The notes under the pieces: model-generated
Databases searched by the model: none
What the model saw: only the letters and a program-made list of their open reading frames with translations
Told to the model about the DNA's origin: nothing
Translations under genes and position numbers: made by a program
In this document: piece after piece, positions 12,740 to 29,679 of the stretch
How positions within the stretch are numbered: position 1 is the stretch's first letter
Layout: each line of letters begins with the position of its first letter
Source of the DNA: the human T2T-CHM13v2.0 reference genome, Homo sapiens
Strand: one strand, 5' to 3'
NCBI RefSeq assembly: GCF_009914755.1
Contig: NC_060938.1
DNA length: 64,000 bases

Positions 12740-14000
12740 TGTCATGGAATAGAGCAGTGGCAATGTGGGGAAAGGACTCTACTCAGGTGAGTGGTGAAGA
12801 GGCTCTTTCTGAGCTGCGGAAGTTTAAAGCCAAGACCCCAAAGGATGAGAAACAGCCAACCATATGAATACCCTTGAGAAAAGCCTCCCAGACATAGAAC
12901 TTGGCCTGTTATAGGAATTGAAAGAAGGCCAGTGCAGCTGGTGTGTGGCAAACGGCAGGAGAGAGGTCCAAGAGGAGACATAATGAGAGGCTAAGGCATG
13001 TAAAGCCTTTAGATTTCATTCCAATTATAATGGGAAACCCTGCAGGGTATTAAGCAGATGTTAACAAGATTTGGTTTACATTTTTAATTTTTGAAAGTTT
13101 ACTCTGCTGCTTTGGGTATAATGAATTAGCAGAGGGCAACAGAAGGAGCAAGAAACTGATTAGGAGACATTCTGTGAGAAAAACAGTGCTGTTCTGGACT
13201 ACAGTGGTGGCCATGGAGATGGGGAGCAATAAACAAGATATGATTTTGAAATAGAATTAACAGGAATTACAGATAGACTGATTTGGGAGGTAAGGGAGAG
13301 GGAAGAGTAAAGGTTTTTTTTCCTCAGGTTCTTAGCTTACCATTCATTGAGAGAGAAGTAGATGAGAAACATATTTTGAAGTAAAATCAAGAAGTCAATA
13401 TCAGACTTCTTTTAATAATATTCTCATCTGCAAAGTAATAATATTCTCATCTGTAAGTCTGGCCTCTTGTGAGACATCCAAGTGAATATACCAAATAAGA
13501 TATTAGATTACAAAGACTAGAACTTGAAGGACAGGTCTAAGCTAGAGATGTAAATTAGGGAGATGGTATCATATGGACCATATGTAAGCCATGGGAAAGG
13601 TGAGACCAGCAGATTGGGTGTGTAGAGGGAGAGAATAAGATTTGTGCAAGATCTTGAGGAACTCTGCCATGTAGATATTGGGGATGGGCAGAGGAGCTAG
13701 TAAGGAAGATTGAAGAGCAGTGGCCAAAGTGGCAGGAGGAAAAACCGTCTGGCTTTCCCAAAGCTGAGGATGTGGTGTTTCTCAAGGAAAGGAACTGCTA
13801 ATTCTGTCAAATGTCACTTAAAACAGAATGAGGTCAGAAAGGCGGGTCCATTAATTTGGCAACAAGGAAGCCATGTGTGACCTTAAGAGGAATAATTCCA
13901 TGTTGTGTAAGGGTCGGAGGCCAGAATGGATTGGGCTGAGGAGTTAACATGAGAAGATGAAATTGAAACACCTGTAGACAACGCTTTGGAAAATGCTAGG
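12740..14000 (-). mobile_element. L2 LINE
   Basis: GAAAGAAGGCCAGTGCAGCTGG; GTGAGACATCCAAGTG; GGCAACAAGGAAGCCATGTGTGACCTT are typical antisense L2 motifs. Confidence 0.8.
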
Positions 14001-17000
14001 AACTTATCCTAATTTCTTCACTCAAGGTAATGACATTCTCATCTGGGGCAATAGGCACAGGTAAGGGATGTTGGTTTAAAGATACTGTTATTTAAGGACC
14101 TGTACAAATTGGTTCCAAACTCTAAGTAGTTTCTCTATTCCAGACGTATCTTTTCATGCACTCTCCTAGGATAGGCTGAATGGAGGCATTTAATTTCCTC
14201 AGATAGGCTGATTACTAAGCTTCCCAGGGCTGGTTAATAAATAGTACCCCATAAAACCAATATTCTTAAAGTATTTGCTCAATACTATTGGTGGTGGAGT
14301 CTGCAACAACAAACATTCTTTTTGTTTATTTCAATTTTCACTCTAGCCAGATATTTTTTTCTTTAGCGGGAATAGGACAAATCTATATGTTATTGAATGA
14401 CCTGAGTTTCTAGCATCACAGTGATGATTTATTGTGTTATAATTTAGTGTCTTTTGTAGACTGACCCCAGGACAGTTTACTAGCTGGCCTGTCATTTTAG
14501 TACAGCTTTCTTTACCTAGTTTCTTCGCTCAAGGTAATAATATTCTCATCTGTAAATTCTCATCTTTCGTGCTCCCTCAAGCCCTTTCCATTTAATTTCT
14601 TCCAGGTCTGAGTTTTCTTATCTGACCCAGAATATGTTAATGTCCTTTCCTTTGGACTTGTGATTAACTTTTTGTTTATAACATCTATTTAGCAATTCAT
14701 TATGTTTGATGTCTGCTTGCAGTTAAATTGTTAATGTGTATCTACCTAAATAAATAAGTACTCATATATACAGTACCTAATAGTGTTTTTGATTGGCTCC
14801 TGAGAAATTTGTAGGCTGGTTTACATTTTGGCACTCTCTGTGATGCCTATTTACACATATATATTTCCTCAGGAAGTAAACATAGTATGTACATCAGACA
14901 TTAAACAGGAAAGGACATTTTATTTCATGCCTTCTTTCCCATTGCCCAATTATACATTAAAAAAATTCAAACTCAATTTACCTATTTTCCTCTCATATCC
15001 AAAATGTATTCCAATGATCTCTTAGTAAAAACAAATAACAAAAGTTTAATCTCTTTTTGGAAGTCTGGATTCATGCAGACCTGCTTTAGAACTCCTGTCA
15101 TTTGCAAGCTTTGCAATTGTTACTTAATCTCTCTGATTTCTGTTTCCTTCTGTCAAGTGGAAACAAAAATTGATTTCTTTGTTATGTTTTAATGAGATAA
15201 TTGTGAAAAGCACCTAAATAAGTGTGATCATCATGAATTATTAATTACCATAAAATAATAATAAAACTAAGCCAAAAATTATAGTTGCCCAAGTTAAAAT
15301 TAGGCCCCTCCGGTCTCTCCAGGAACAACTATGTGACTTTGATATAATCTGGGTGATTTATATCAAAGGATCTATTTGACCTATTTTTCAACTTGGTTAG
15401 GAATTTTCTCTCATTTACAAACACAGTGCTTTTCACTACGTGTAGAAATTCAATGTTTCTGAATTTCAACTGATCACTTAGCCACCAAATGTGTATAGGT
15501 AATCCTGATTTCAGCATCCCTCCCTCCTGCTCTACCCATTTCAAAGATTCTCAATAGGATAGTCAGCAAAAAACCTTGTTTCTATCATGTCCAATTCTAA
15601 GTCAGTTCTGTGCTTTGCCTTTCCCTGCTGTACTTTGATCTGACCTAGGCAAAAAAATATGGATTTGTGCTGGATACTTCTCAGAATTCCATTCCTCTCA
15701 TTTTGCTGTTACCACATTTGGGTCTTAAAGAAATGAATGTGGGAAAGCCTCAGTTCTGTTTTATCATTGCTAATTCTAATTGACTGTTTTCCAAGTCTAT
15801 ATGGCTATTACAGGTTTTACTGAGGGAGTTGATCTAGTAGAGATTACTGTGTAGGAGACACGAAAATAAATATTTAATGAAATGTTGAAATATCATGGTA
15901 CTCGTGAGCCATGGAAAGAGAATAAAAGGGTTAAATTTATTTCAGATTTCGTGGATGTACCTCAGATTCTTCTGCTTTCAGGACCGTCTCTTCTGCTTTG
16001 TTTTTCAAAACTCTGCATGGAGGTCTCCATGCCCCTGTAGCAAATCCCACCCCCTCACATGACTGTCTTGCCATAGGATGCGTTCCTTGCTCCTATGATG
16101 GGACATGGACATCTCCCAACAGACTGTGAGGCTGGGCTTTAGCCCTCTAAATCTAGTCCCTTGGAGGATGCTATTTAGTGAGGTATCCATATCCTTCTCC
16201 GTTCTTTTTTTGGTGTCCAGTGGATTACTTACACATACACAAATGGCAAAACCAAAATCCATGTTTCAAATACAAACATTTTCTTTACTGTGGTTGTAAT
16301 CCTGCAGAACTACCCTTTGACAAATAGGGGAAAATGTTTATGTCATTATGCTGAGCACATTTAAAGTTTCTTTGTCTTTCCGACTGTGTTTAGACTTCTC
16401 CTCAGTCTTTAAAGTGCATAAAAATCAAGAGTCGTTGCAGCATTGAACACTACAGAACTCCTGGAAGGACAGCATCTCTTGATGATAAAACCTCCACAGT
16501 AACTTTGAGTACTTAGGGATTTTTTTCTTTAGTTATATGTCAGGTCACATCTTGGGTTACTGTTAATGAAAGAAGACTATACGAAGAATTATTAATTTTC
16601 ACCCAAGCAATCTGCAAGAACTGGGAAGGATATTTTAAAGGGAAATAACTTAAAATTTTACCAAATATAGCTTGTAAAGATATTAAGGAAAATGATTAGG
16701 ACTCATATGAATATGTCCCAATAAGCAAGAAAAAAGTTATTGTGATACAATGCCAGTTATCGCAGGAAATTCAAGAATTCTGTTCTAGATACATAAAGAA
16801 AAAAATACATTAATTTCACAGTTAATATATAAAAACCATCATCAACATTTTGGTGACCATTTGGGGCTACCAACCTATTTATAATTTTTCTATTTACTTA
16901 TCTGAACAAAATTTTGATCAAGTATACACATTGTTTTATAATATAATTATTTAATCCACATATATAACAAATCATGATTTTTATATATTATTACACATTT

Positions 17001-17679
17001 TTGAGGACTTGATCTTTAATGACTAGTATTCCATAATAAGTATGTGCTATGTTTTAGTCCATCTAATCAATCATCTATTTTTACACAATTAGAAAATTTT
17101 CAAAGACAGTTTTACTCCATAAAAGTACATGTTCTCTTTACTTCTAGGAAAAATAGTTGACTTGTCATCCTTTGGGTCACTTCTTGTGAAATAAAAGTAT
17201 TGTGATCTAAGAGTTTTAAATAATTTTTTTGTTAGTAACAAGGCTCCCAGATGATTAAAAAATCTAAGTTCATAGCTAAATTCATAGATCTATAACAAAC
17301 ATTTGAAAGCAAACTATAGTTCTTAGGAAAATTTATTATTAAGAAAACAACTTTAACTCATGGCAAGTTGTTTCTACTAGTAATTTACCCCTTTGATATA
17401 CTGAAGGACTTAATATAATCATGAATGATTTTAAGAAAATTGTCATGTATATATGTAGAGAGTGAGGCACCTTTAAATATAAATAGAGTGAGAAAAATGT
17501 TGCTTTGATTTCAGGAATAGTAGAACTTCACCTTTAATGTTTCTGTGTGATCCATTTCCTCTTAAGTACCATTTTGGCATTTCCAGCAGATGGCATTGTT
17601 ACACTAAGAAACCAAACACCACAGCTCAGGCATTCTTTAAGTAAATGTAGATTTTAGAAAGGAAGGGAAGAGGGAAAGG

Positions 17680-17880
17680 AAATATTTATCGAAATCTATT
17701 CATTGCTGGTTCTTTTATATGTATGGTTATATTTAATGCTCACAGTGGCTCTCGTAGGTAGGTGTTAAGAATAAGTAAACTGAGGCTGAAAGAATTTAAG
17801 AAACTTAATATTCACGAAGCAAATCAGTGACAGACCCAGGATTGTAATCTAGATCTGGCTGATTCAAAGAGCCTATGTAG
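17680..17880 (-). mobile_element. MIR SINE
   Basis: ATTTAATGCTCACAG..GTAAACTGAGGCTGAAAG..GACCCAGGATTGTAATCTAGATCTGGCTGATTCAAAG. Confidence 0.7.
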
Positions 17881-17959
17881 CTGCTGTGTTTAAATTAATG
17901 GCACTACAGTGAAAATATTTGTTTATAGAAACAATTTCAAATGAATGAACTATGACAGT

Positions 17960-18600
17960 TTGACTGTACTTCCAAGTGGGTAAACAGAGTTATCATAATT
18001 AGATTCAGAAATTTCATTCATTGGTGCATAGCCAAATATTAACTACTGAATTACTGTACATGCATTCTGCAATTCTACTCTTATATATAACACCAAGAAA
18101 AATAAAAACATGCCAGTATAAAACCCTGTACACTGATGTTCATAGCAGCATTATTCATAATACTTCAAAGTATAAACTCAAATATCCATCAACTGATGAA
18201 AACTAGAATGTAACATATCAATACAGTGGAATATTATTCAGCAATATGAAGAAATAAAATACTGACATTCTGTAGCTTGGATAAACCTTGAAAACATGAT
18301 GTGAAAGAAGCCAGTAAGAAAACATGTATAATTCCATTGATATTGTAATGCTAAGAAAAGGCAACTCTGTACATCCAGAAAGAAGATCAGTGAATGCCTA
18401 GGCTTAGCAAGTAGGAGAAGGGAATGAGAGTAACTATTAGTGGGCGCAGAATTTCTTTTTAGGGTAATGAAGATATTTTAAAGTTAGATTTCATTAATGA
18501 TTTATAATTCTGTAAATATACTAAAACCCATGGAAGTGTACACTTTAAAAGGGTGAATTTTATGGTATATGGATTATATCTCAATAAAACTGCTTATAAA
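17960..18600 (+). mobile_element. L1MB/ME-type 3' end
   Basis: GATGTTCATAGCAGCATTATTCATAAT..CACTTTAAAAGGGTGAATTTTATGGTATATGGATTATATCTCAATAAAA. Confidence 0.8.
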
Positions 18601-20212
18601 AATGTATAAAACAAATGCAGTTTTTCTTTTCAAACTGAGATAAAGTGGCCTTACCCTTTGGAGTACATATGAAGAATATATATCTACCTATATTAAGTAC
18701 CTTCTTTGGGCCAACAACTTTGGTAACACCATCTCATTTAAGACATTATCCTTGTCATTTTATAGATAGGGAAATGTTATGTTAGAGATTACCTAACATA
18801 GAATCTCACATCTAGCAAGTGCTAGATCCCAGGTCTCTGTTTTGCGAAGCTTATATGCCTTCCATCCTTCACTTTGTGGTTCAGTGAAAACATGCTTTAT
18901 TAGAACCAAGTGCTAACTTGTTATACTTCGTGTCTGTTTTTGTGCTAGAAAGGGTAATATGGAGTTACTAACTATCCCAATTGTAGCTTTGATTATTGGC
19001 AAAAACAAGTTGAGAAAAATGTTAATTTTCTCTTCTCACAGCACTTCATTAATTGGTGATTTCAAAGCTGGCCAATCTGTGACATTCTTATTTGGTACAT
19101 TAAATGGAGTTTGGTACTGTGTGGACAAATGCTTCTTATCTGTAAGCTAAAATTTGAATCCAGAATAAGGAAGATGATTATTTGGTGGTGGGGGGTGGAT
19201 TTTCATTGGTATAAGGATAGGAGATTTTTCTTAAATTTGAGTCAATAATGTAGGTCTTCACTTCCACAATCTTAGTTTTCAAGTATATATGTTAGTTTTG
19301 GAGTTAGTGTTGTTATGTTAAAGTTGACTTGTCTTTGAGAAAATTATATATTTATTTGTGTGGAGTTTATTAATCTTTTACAATAATAAAAGCATAGGCT
19401 ATGGAATTAAGAGGCAAACTATCTTAATACATTGATGATTTTTTTTTTTGTATAGAACATTTTAGGAAAAAAGTACTTATTCTTCCTGGGTCTCATTTTC
19501 CAGAAGGAAGCACTGCATTAGCGAGTCCTGAAGATCCTTTCCAGCTCTTTGATTATATGACATTCTGACTAGCACAAAGAGGCACACCTGCAATCCTACT
19601 GAGAGTTCCATGGATCATTAATGATTATTCATGGTGAAGGAAGCAGAGGTAATGTAGACTCTGAAAGCTGATACTTCTCATTGTAGAAGTACACTCTTGT
19701 GTTACAGTGTTTTTGTACATGAGAAATTCCACCTGCCAGCCCTTGAAGGTCTCTGAGCACAAGGGATTAACTCAGTGCCCTTTAAGTTAAAATACGTCCT
19801 GCAAACCCAGCACAGTGTACCTGCAGTGAGGGGACTGTTATGGATGCTCATTTTTATGTCTTTTAGAGCTTATGCTATGCATATCCTGCTTAAGCTTTGT
19901 CTCTCTTTTTCCTTAAGTTTTGAAATGCTTTTTATTGTGTAGAAAAGTTAAAATTCTTTAAAACATTAATTAAAAGTAAAAATGATCAAGAGTAAAATGT
20001 GACATATATATTTTTCTATTTAAAATACACAATGCATATTTTTTTAAATTCTATGAGCTAGGAGAGTCTAATGTAAGAAGACTCACTGCCAGCATATTCC
20101 AGTCTACTTCAGTGCTCTGACTTCAGCCACCTCCCAATAACTAGTTTAGATAACTTTTTGAGCATTTGTACTATGCTGTTTAATATAAGAACGAGCAGTG
20201 GTGAATACGTAA

Positions 20213-23945
<3,733 letters not shown>

Positions 23946-24821
23946 GAGCTTTGTCACTTACTATAAGATTCATGGCAAATCCAGGACACTTTAAATTCTT
24001 TTTTTAGTTTATGGGCTGTGTTTCTTTTAAAGATAGTTTTTTTCCAAGTTCATTAGTGGCTCTAATTTAATGTTTCCTCTCATTAATTAAAACAACCATA
24101 AACCAATAGCAATGAACAAAAGAGACAACGTTTTGAACCTTAGAACTCCTTACAATACAAAAACCATTTGTCTCCCTATAATCACATCTTACAAGTTTTT
24201 ATTATTTTTCTAGTATAAAAATAATATATACTTTATGTTTAAATACGTTGGAAAATACAAAATATACATAGAGAAGAAGAGAAATAGTTCTTGCTAATAC
24301 TTTTGCATTTTCCATTGTAACTATCATACTTTTGTACTATGTACATCTAGCAGATATTTGTAAATAATTTTAGTTGAAAAAGTAATTTGAGATAATTCTG
24401 GGGGAGTTGCATCAAAATGATTTAATATTCTCAGAGAAAAATGTTTAGAATTGATAAAATGTGTGATAGTGCCTGGTTCATCTGTGCTCTGGGTGTTGTT
24501 TAATTCAGGCTTCTGGGTTGCTTCCTTGGGAAAATTAGATGCAATTTATGGGTTGTGTCTTGCAAGACAGGCAAATACCCTGGCCTTATTCTATGGGAAA
24601 CAGAAAATATTACTTAAAAATGAGCAAAGAATAAATATAGGAAAGAATGTCTGTAAGGACAAAAGTTTTAGGCAAATCCTGAGACATTATCCTTTTAGTA
24701 ACTTAGCAGGACTGTTTTTAAAGGCTGAACTATGTGTCAGATACATCTTATGCACATTTTCAGACTACTGGGGCCTCACATATGCATCATCCTAAGCCTA
24801 TTGCTCATGTCCTCCACTGTT

Positions 24822-24991
24822 GAGGGGAACTGCCCTTTATGAAACGATCTCCTGAGACTTATTAACTGTCACGAGAACAGCACGGGAAAAACCCGCCCCA
24901 TGATTCAGTTACCTCCCAGTGGAACACATTGGGATTATGAGAGCTACAGTTCAAGATGAGATTTGGGTGGGCACACAGCCAAACCATATCA
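24822..24991 (-). mobile_element. THE1/MST LTR fragment
   Basis: Ends CAAGATGAGATTTGGGTGGGCACACAGCCAAACCATATCA, the reverse complement of the THE1 5' end. Confidence 0.85.
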
Positions 24992-25319
24992 GTATCCAAG
25001 GGATCCTAGTGTCTGTTTTTTCCATGGTAAATTATAAAATTATAAGGCTATCAGAAATTATGCATAGAGAGTAAATTATTCTTAGTTTCCGGAAGGATAT
25101 TTCAGGATGTCTGTTGGCACTTATAGAGGGCCATCTTATATCATTTACTTAAGTTTGAATACTTAGTGATATAAACAACTCTTTTCCATGAAGCTTTTAT
25201 ACTGTCTGTGTTGGTGACGAGAAGCTTTCTCATGTGGCATTCATATCACATGTTCATTCATTCAACATTCAGTGAATATTTATGGAGTGCCCAGCGTATT
25301 TAGAAATGGGATACATTAG

Positions 25320-25617
25320 GGCCGGCAGGCATCTCATGCCTGTAATCCCAGCACTTTGGGAGGCCAAGGCAGGTGGATTACCTGAGGCCAGGAGTTTGAG
25401 ACCAGTCTAGCCATCATGGTGACACTCCCATCTCTACTAAAAATACAAAAATTAGCTGGGCATGGTGGCATATGCCTGTAATCCCAGCTACTCAGGAGAA
25501 TGAGGCATGAGAATTGCCTGATTATGGGAGGCTGAAGTTGCACTAAACTGAGATCATACCACTGCATTCCAGTCTGGGTGACAGAGTGAGACTCTGTTTA
25601 AAAAAAAGAAAAAAAAG
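25320..25617 (+). mobile_element. Alu (old S/J type), full length
   Basis: Dimeric Alu with A-tail; direct repeat GGGATACATTAG at 25308-25319 and 25628-25639. Confidence 0.95.
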
Positions 25618-26082
25618 TTTGTGTGTGGGGATACATTAGTGAACTAAAAAGGAGCTAACATTCAAGATAAATAATATATAATATATAAATTTTTAAAAGG
25701 CGATAAAATACTGTGGGAAAACTGAAATGGGATAAATAGGATCAGGAGTACAGCGAGGGGAAGAGGCTTGGGGCTTGGCATGTTGCTATATTAAATAGTG
25801 AAGGGGCCTTCATTGAGAAGGTGAGGTTGATCAAATATATCTTAAAGAAGTAAGGGAGTTAGCCAAGAGGATACCTGGGGAAAGAGCATTTCAGGCAGAG
25901 GAAATTGTACAGCAAATTCTCAAGGTGGGAGCCTGTCCAGCGAGTGTCAGGATCTGGAGGAGACTGCTGTGGATGCTAGCAGAGTAAGCAAAGAAGAGTG
26001 AAGTAGGAATTGAGGCCAGGTAGACTATGTTGGACCTTGTCCAGCTCTTATTAGCAGTGAGAAGGAATCAGTTGCATGTTTT

Positions 26083-26394
26083 ATTTTTTATTTTTATTTT
26101 TTACTTTTTTTTGAGACAGAGTCTCACTCTGTCACCCAGGCTGGAGTGCAGTGGCTCGATCTTGGCTCACTACAACCTCTGCCTCCCAGTTTCAAGTGAG
26201 TCTCCTGCCTCAGCCTCCTGAGTAGCTGGGACTACAAGGGTGTGCCACCAAGCCCGGCTAATTTTTGTAGTTTTAGTAGAAACGGAGTTTCACCGTGTTG
26301 GTCAGGCTGGTCTTGAACTCCTGGCCTCAGGTGATCCACCCTCCTCTGCCTCCCAAAGTGCTGGGATTACAGGCGTGAGTCACTGCATCCAGCC
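26083..26394 (-). mobile_element. AluS, full length
   Basis: Poly-T then GAGACAGAGTCTCACTCTGTCACCCAGGCTGGAG...GGATTACAGGCGTGAG; TSD CAGTTGCA..TTTT at 26069 and 26395. Confidence 0.95.
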
Positions 26395-29367
26395 CAGTTG
26401 CAGATTTTGATCAAAGGAGTGACCTGATCTGACTTGACTTTTAAAAGATGATTCTGGCTGCTGTGTTAATAATAGACTTTGGGGAATGCACAACAGTAGA
26501 AGTAGGAGACACAAGCCAAGATGATGATTTAGCCTATCAGCGAAGTGGCAAAAAATGGATGAATTCTGGATGTATTAAGAATGTATTAGGAATATAGAGT
26601 CTATAGTTTTTTCTTTGTGATAATGGAATCCTGCAGTTAGCTGTATGAAACATTTGTCAAAGGACCTTCCGAAAAAATATTTTGTAAGATATCTCAATTT
26701 AATATTAATATATTACCGTTGGATTCATCTACATTTTAAAGTTTCTGCTTATGTTGCAATTATTGCTGCATCTAAAACACTAGACCCTGCATCTGGTGGG
26801 TTTCATGGTATGTACATAATAAAGATAAGTTGTGAGGTGACAAGAACTCTACCTGTACTTTTTGCAATGGTTCTGAATGAAATATGCTCTCAAGTTGCTT
26901 CTCCCACACACAAATTTTGGATGTCAAATCCCTGAATAGCCAAATACTAGACTGATATAATCCTCTGGATTATGCTTGTCTAGTTGGTATGCTTCGTTGG
27001 CATGTTATAAACTATAGTTACATTTTAATTTAATGCTTGTAAATTCTGAGACATGTAGTATTATATTATTATTGGCCAAAGCCTTTGTGGGAGACCATTA
27101 TGAATACAAAATTTGCTTCAGTTAAGAGGCACATTTGAGGACTTCATAAATATTAATTGAAATGCATGCTGTTCAAGAAAATTACAATTTTTGTGGTATG
27201 AGCAAACATTGCAGTTCTGCAACAATGTTGATTTTATTCACCAAATTTTTATCCTAAACAGATAGCTTTAGAATGCTCTTTTGTTTAGGTCCAATATGAG
27301 CATCATATTTAATTAAAAGATGTCATCTTTTAATGACATCTTTGCTACTGGAGGATGTTGTATTAGATAATACAAGTAGGTATGATAAGCAAAACTTTAA
27401 CCAAATAATCTTTTCGTTTGATTTTAGTAAAATAAAGAAACCGTAAAAATATAACTTTTGGCTAACACTCTAAATGTTCACGTGCCACCACATGAATTCA
27501 GTACACATGCACGTGCACACGTACCCACACATGTGTATGCAACCTCGACCCCCCATAATATTTAGACATATCATCAGCTGGTAGAATTAAGCTCAAGAAA
27601 GCTGTTACTTTTATAGCCATTGTATAATATGATTTAGTTAATGATAAATAATAAAATAAATTGGTTTTCTGTAGTTTACTTCTGGCTTAAATCTTGCATT
27701 TCACAGAAATATTATGGAAATCTGATTAAAGGCATGACAAACGCACCACTGTTTTAAGGTTAAAAAAAGTAGCAATTTAAGGAAAAGTGAATAGCCAGAT
27801 TACATTGCTTTTTCTTTTTAAGTCATGGTTTATAATGTTATTATAAATGAATAAATTATTTCAGCTGTTGGCTTAGGTTATACTTACCAAGACAGATATT
27901 ACAATAGTATGATTGTCAAGGAATTATATTGCACTTTTGAGTTGACTTTTTGTTAACACCTGCATTTTGTTTGATTGACAAAACTCTTTTAGAACAGAGT
28001 GGAAAATAGAGCTGTTTACAAGTTACCCTGAAGGTCGCTGCTCTGCCCCAAGGGAGTGGCAAGCTTTTTCTCCTACATAGATGAGCGTTTTTTAACAAAC
28101 ACCTTGAGATACCTCTTTATATTGGGAAGCAAGAGCACTCCAGGGTATGGTTTTGAAGGATACTGATGGCTGGACTGCTCAGCATCAGAAATAAGTGGTT
28201 ATTTGAAGGTGGGAGTAAACCCAGGAGAGAAAAAGAGAGAGTCAGAAAAACAATACCAAGTGGTGGACAGTAGAGAACTCAAGAGTGGAAACCTAGGAGA
28301 GGGATGATGAAAGGATTGTCCATACTCAGTTTTTTGGTGTTTCTTGTCAGGAGCTGTCATCACAGGCATCTTGCTCCACACATACCTTCGGCAGTATCTG
28401 TCATATACACAAATTTCTTGATCAAATGGTGTTTGATGAATCAGAGAAAAAGTGTTATAATATCTGAGATTGTGCTGAGCAGAGAGGAGAGAATAAATAT
28501 TTTGGGTCAAACACAGGTAACAATGAATTTAGCAGGAGAGGAAATCAGAATTAGAGGTAACAGAATACAGGCAAAATTGGCAAATTCGGCAAAATTCTGC
28601 CTGAAGGGATTGCCTTTCCCCTAGACATGAGATAGAGGCTAGAGAAAATCATAAAGCAGATGATAGCTTCAGCTCACATCTGGATTATACTTGCTTTTGG
28701 CTCTCCACACAAAAGGCATTTCTTTCATATTCAGAAAGCTTACCAGCAATTTTAAATGTAGAAGGCCTTGTTTTAACTGTGCTGATGGAGGCAGCTTGGC
28801 ATTCCTGGGCTCCTTGAAGTTTGAGAATATAGTAAAGAATCTCTGAGATGTTCCAATTATTTAAAAAGTCTAACAAAAATCTAATATTTATTCATGATAA
28901 GGTGACATGAACTCACTCATCTGTCAAATAACTCCTCCATAATAGAATTATATCCACTCAGTTGATAATTCTGTAATGGTATCTCATGCTGATCAGAAGC
29001 TCTGATAAGCAGTTAGGCGTCTTTGATGGAAGAAAGGAGAAAATTATTATTAAAAATTGCAGCTTCCGTTTCTGCTCCTTTCTCCTGCACTGAGATGAAC
29101 TCTCTCATTCTGAAATTGTGTTCCTTGAGCAGCAGATGAAACTGCATAACTACAGTGAACATGGAGGCCTGTCGATTTCTAAAGGAAGTTCCCTCAAAGG
29201 CATCCACTTCACTGTGAAATAAGTGGTCATGGCTCAGTTAGCTGTCTTGTAACTATAGACAGTAAAGCCCCGACAGAAACATCTACAAATTTCTGGTGGT
29301 CGCTGCAGACACAGGACCCTTGGAGAACTCTCATATCTCCTGGCATGGTTTGAAAAGGAAAGTGTGC

Positions 29368-29679
29368 GGCCGGGCGCGGTGGCTCATACCTGTAATCCCA
29401 GCACTTTGGGAGGCCGAGGCGGGCGCACGGGGTCAGGAGATCGAGACCATCCTGGCTAACACAGTGAAACCCCGTCTCTACTAAAAATACAAAAAGTTAG
29501 CCGGGCGAGGTGGCGGGCGCCTGTAGTCCCAGCTACGCGGGATGCTGAGGCAGGAGAATGGCGTGAACCCCGGGGGGCGGAGCCTGCAGTGAGCCGAGAT
29601 CGGGCCACTGCACTCCAGCCTGGGCGACAGCGAGACTCCGTCTCAAAAAAAAAAAAAAAAAAAAAAACCAAAACAAAAA
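29368..29679 (+). mobile_element. Young AluY, Ye5/Ye6-like
   Basis: CpG-rich; GGGCGAGGTGG, CTACGCGGGA, GAACCCCGGGGGGCGGAGCCTGCAG, GACAGCGAGAC; perfect 15-bp TSD AAAAGGAAAGTGTGC at 29353-29367 and 29680-29694. Confidence 0.95.

Larger units (their letters stand above)
25250..26580 (-). mobile_element. L2a LINE interrupted by two Alus
   Basis: TTCATTCATTCAACA..ATATTTATGGAGTGCC tail; GGGGAAAGAGCATTTCAGGCAGAGG; TTTTAAAAGATGATTCTGGCTGCTGTG. Confidence 0.8.

Noticed and set aside
13413-14565. CRISPR-like repeat-spacer array
   Set aside because: Irregular spacing, mammalian context, no cas genes.
28304-28624. ORF with a signal-peptide-like N-terminus (MMKGLSILSFLVFLV)
   Set aside because: Hydrophobicity follows from T-rich DNA; no family resemblance or gene structure.
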